In this document: positions 61,375 through 64,000 of the stretch, piece after piece | How the letters are laid out: each line of letters opens with the position of its first letter | Position numbering within the stretch: position 1 is the first letter of the stretch | Source: Patescibacteria group bacterium | GTDB lineage: Bacteria > Patescibacteriota > Minisyncoccia > Minisyncoccales > Staskawiczbacteraceae | Length of the DNA stretch: 64,000 nt | Direction: 5' to 3' | Assembly (NCBI GenBank): GCA_018829965.1 | Contig: JAHJTG010000016.1 | Location: forward strand, 93,537-157,536 | Notes under the pieces: model-generated | What the model saw: the letters and a program-made list of their open reading frames with translations, nothing else | What the model was told of the DNA's origin: nothing | Databases searched by the model: none | Translations under genes and position numbers: made by a program

Positions 61375-62466
61375 CTATAATTTTCTATATCTTGCGCTTC
61401 TGCCAAGGCCTATTCGTTCAATCTTTTTTAGACGCAAAAGCTTATCAAGAGCCTGTTTTACAGTAGGCCGCGCTATCTTGGTGTTATTTACTATTTCACC
61501 AGTTGTAGTTTCATTTATTTTCTGTAAATATTCCCACACGGCGAGCTGTTTTACTGATAAAAGTTTTTCAACGTTTTCTTTAGACAGTAAGTCAATTGCC
61601 ATTTTCGATTGTTTTAAGAAAATCTCTAAGAAAAAATCCAGCCATGGGACTATATCTTCTTTTTCTGTCTTAAATGTTTTTTGGCTTCTGCGCAACGCCA
61701 CATAATAATCTGGCTTATTGTCCTCAATTAATTTTTCGTGAGAAACATAAGGCACATAAAAATATCCTTTTTTTAATAGAAGAAGGTTTGTAAGTATGCG
61801 TGAGACGCGACCGTTGCCATCCTCAAAAGGATGTATCTGTAGAAACTCAACAAGAAAATTTCCAATAATAAGCAAAGGATGGAATTTTTTCTCATCAAAA
61901 GCCTGTTGGCTCCATTCCACTAATTCCTGCATTTCTTTTGAAGCAAGATAAGCTGGCGTAGTATCAAAAAGAATACCAATAGGTTTTCCGGCTATATCAA
62001 GCATATGTACTTGGTTTTCTTTCTTTTTATAATCGCCTCGGTGTTGTTCGTCTTTTTTTACATATTTTAAAAGTTCTTTATGAAAATGTTTAATGGTGTT
62101 TTCTGAAAATTTAATCAATTTCCATGCATCAAAAACATTTTCAAGCAATTTAAAATACCCCCTTACCTCTTGCTTGTCGCGATTAGTAAATTTCTGTATA
62201 TCTATGCCTCGCATTAACTTTTCTACATCTTCATCAGACAGCCTTGCGCCCTCAATACGCGTTGAAGAACCAGTTGAAGTAACCAAAACAGAACGTTTTA
62301 ATCGTCCCAAAACTTGAGGACTTAATTGAACGCCAGCAATCCATTGTCCTTTTAGCCCATCTATCTGTGCTATTTTGGACCAGATTTCTGTTGGCATACT
62401 ATCAATCCTTTGATCAAATTGTTTATTTGTTGCCATAAATTCATTGGATATATTAACTATATCCAA
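61375..62466 (-). CDS. Fic-family protein with an N-terminal inhibitory-helix motif and a C-terminal winged HTH
   Basis: HPFEDGNGRVSR Fic motif. STRIEG matches (S/T)xxxE(G/N). Confidence 0.85.
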   Translation of the reverse strand: MDIVNISNEFMATNKQFDQRIDSMPTEIWSKIAQIDGLKGQWIAGVQLSPQVLGRLKRSVLVTSTGSSTRIEGARLSDEDVEKLMRGIDIQKFTNRDKQEVRGYFKLLENVFDAWKLIKFSENTIKHFHKELLKYVKKDEQHRGDYKKKENQVHMLDIAGKPIGILFDTTPAYLASKEMQELVEWSQQAFDEKKFHPLLIIGNFLVEFLQIHPFEDGNGRVSRILTNLLLLKKGYFYVPYVSHEKLIEDNKPDYYVALRRSQKTFKTEKEDIVPWLDFFLEIFLKQSKMAIDLLSKENVEKLLSVKQLAVWEYLQKINETTTGEIVNNTKIARPTVKQALDKLLRLKKIERIGLGRSARYRKL

Positions 62467-62531
62467 TTATATCCAATTAATGGCGGGCGGTCAAGTAAGC
62501 GACGGAAACCCGCCAAATCCGTCCTACAGAG

Positions 62532-62565
62532 TTATTTATTCAACAAAAGATTTAATTGGGTTCTA
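62532..62565. repeat. 34-bp direct repeat upstream of each Fic gene (second copy at 63858-63891)
   Basis: ttatttattcaacaaaagatttaattgggttcta is identical at both positions, 1326 bp apart. Confidence 0.85.
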
Positions 62566-62588
62566 TCCCCGATGACGATTTTTATTTT

Positions 62589-63731
62589 CTAACTCCTAAA
62601 TAATTCGACATATTCAGATAACTCAAACGAACGATTTCTTGAAAAACCGGTAATTTCCTTTAAGATTCTTTCTTTTTCAAAATCTTTGATTATTCTTGTA
62701 GCTGTTACAAAAGAAACGTCAAGCACATTCGCAATCTCTTGCGCATTTATTATCGGTTTAGAAAACAGGGCGATAAGCAGTTTCTGTCCAGATTCTGCTC
62801 GACGGCCCATCTTTATTATACTTTTTTCATAATTTTGACGTAAAGAAACTATAGCCTCAAAGGTTTCTTTACCCTTGCTGGCAGTTTCGATAACACCTGA
62901 AATAAAAAATTTAATCCACTGCTCTAAATTATTAGAGTTTCGAACAATGGTCAAAGAATCGTAATATGATCCCTTATGTTTTTCAAAAAAATCTGAGAGA
63001 TAAAGTGTTGGTTTTTGTAGTATTTTACTATCCACTAATTGCAAGGTTATAAGCAAACGTCCTATCCTACCATTACCATCTAAAAATGGGTGAACTGTTT
63101 CAAATTGATAATGGCTAATTGCTACCTTAATTAAAAATGGTATTTCAAGATTTTTGTTATGCCAAAATTTTTGTAAATCAGAAAGCAACTCTTCTATCTC
63201 CTCGTGGTGCGGTGGTATAAAAAAAGCATCTTTTAAATTTGAACCACCGATCCAATTTTGGCTTTTTCTTATTTCGCCCGGAGTTTTATGCTCACCCCTA
63301 ACGCCAGAAAGTAAAATTTTGTGGGCATCTTTTAATAAACGTATTGATAGGGGTATATTTTCCAACTCTTTAATGGAATAATTTATTGCTTCTATATAAT
63401 TATGAACTTCTTTCCAGTCGTCACGGCGTTCCGGATTAATGTCTTCCTTAACCTTCAATACATCGTCGATGGCGGTTTTTGTTCCCTCAATACGACTCGA
63501 TGTCGTTGCTTCTTTAGCTATGTGCATTTTTATAAAATAATCAACATCAGGCACAAGCGTTGAATATGCGTTAAGTTCACCTAAAAGACGCATCGCTTCA
63601 TCAGAAAGCATGTTGATTTTTTTATCTTGCCATTCAAATGGCTTATTAACTAAAGATGGACTGAAACTTTTATATTCCAGCTGTTGTTTATACAAGCCTG
63701 CCTTAAATTCTTGACTCATATGTGAAAACAT
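62589..63731 (-). CDS. Fic-family protein with an N-terminal inhibitory-helix motif and a C-terminal winged HTH
   Basis: [12 protein letters not shown] Fic motif. SSRIEG inhibitory motif. Confidence 0.85.
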   Translation of the reverse strand: MFSHMSQEFKAGLYKQQLEYKSFSPSLVNKPFEWQDKKINMLSDEAMRLLGELNAYSTLVPDVDYFIKMHIAKEATTSSRIEGTKTAIDDVLKVKEDINPERRDDWKEVHNYIEAINYSIKELENIPLSIRLLKDAHKILLSGVRGEHKTPGEIRKSQNWIGGSNLKDAFFIPPHHEEIEELLSDLQKFWHNKNLEIPFLIKVAISHYQFETVHPFLDGNGRIGRLLITLQLVDSKILQKPTLYLSDFFEKHKGSYYDSLTIVRNSNNLEQWIKFFISGVIETASKGKETFEAIVSLRQNYEKSIIKMGRRAESGQKLLIALFSKPIINAQEIANVLDVSFVTATRIIKDFEKERILKEITGFSRNRSFELSEYVELFRS

Positions 63732-64000
63732 AAATATTTATACTTTCAGTTTACCATAACAAGTGAAAGTATGCAACAACATACTTTCAATTGTAATTAT
63801 CTAATTATATCTGGCTAACTTCAATAACCGATAGAGCAAACTCCAACCTAATTAAACTTATTTATTCAACAAAAGATTTAATTGGGTTCTAGTCCCAATA
63901 CCAACAAAACCGGTAGCACGTATAGCATAACCAGCTATTGCAGATATTGCTGATTTGTATTTATTTTGGAGACATCTTACCGCTTGCAGAGTCAAGGGGC

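Noticed and set aside
1-64000. Alternative genetic code (UGA reassigned, as in some candidate phyla).
   Set aside because: Conserved genes terminate cleanly at TGA (for example folA, the EEP gene and pgk) at the expected lengths. No in-frame TGA is needed to complete any recognised protein.

Overview
This is a low-GC bacterial chromosome segment read with the standard code (TGA is a stop). Gene content and several quirks suggest a Candidate Phyla Radiation / Patescibacteria (Parcubacteria-like) genome, but that placement is inference only. About 85% of the coding sequence is on the minus strand. Recognisable housekeeping genes: dnaE (3' part), thrS, miaB, miaA, gatB, a dTMP-synthesis cluster (dCMP deaminase, tmk, thyA, folA), rplK-nusG-secE, gyrB, pheS, lepA, murJ, rnpB, rnhA, a recJ-like gene, pgk, secDF, secA, pdaD, hpf and murB. 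Accessory content: a P-type ATPase, mscS, an ArsR/permease/thioredoxin operon hit by an ISNCY-like IS, a tRNA-Asp-anchored islet carrying radical-SAM/SPASM, ExoIII-like nuclease and CYTH genes, a VirD4/TraD-like ATPase with a membrane partner, and two tandem Fic modules. The main result of the hunt is an unusually dense, nested load of selfish or structured DNA. (1) A mini-intein sits in gyrB. (2) A roughly 263-nt group I intron splits a tRNA(CAU) anticodon loop, next to a free-standing LAGLIDADG-like ORF. (3) There are MITE-like foldback elements, two of them with visible target-site duplications. (4) Several families of short GC-rich palindromic hairpin elements occur both between genes and in frame inside conserved genes (miaB, pheS, a YfcE-like phosphoesterase, a DUF1653 gene, secA, possibly the gyrB 5' end). 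This resembles Rickettsia palindromic elements. (5) AT-rich heptamer arrays (TTTAGGR type) form arm-inverted palindromes in intergenic spacers and are also translated inside gatB and lepA. (6) A modular AGCGAGG...CCGAGCGA hairpin element is present in at least 7 copies. PheRS looks like the monomeric mitochondrial-type fusion (catalytic core plus FDX-ACB domain). All coordinates for RNAs and repeats were derived by eye from the sequence. No database search or folding program was run.
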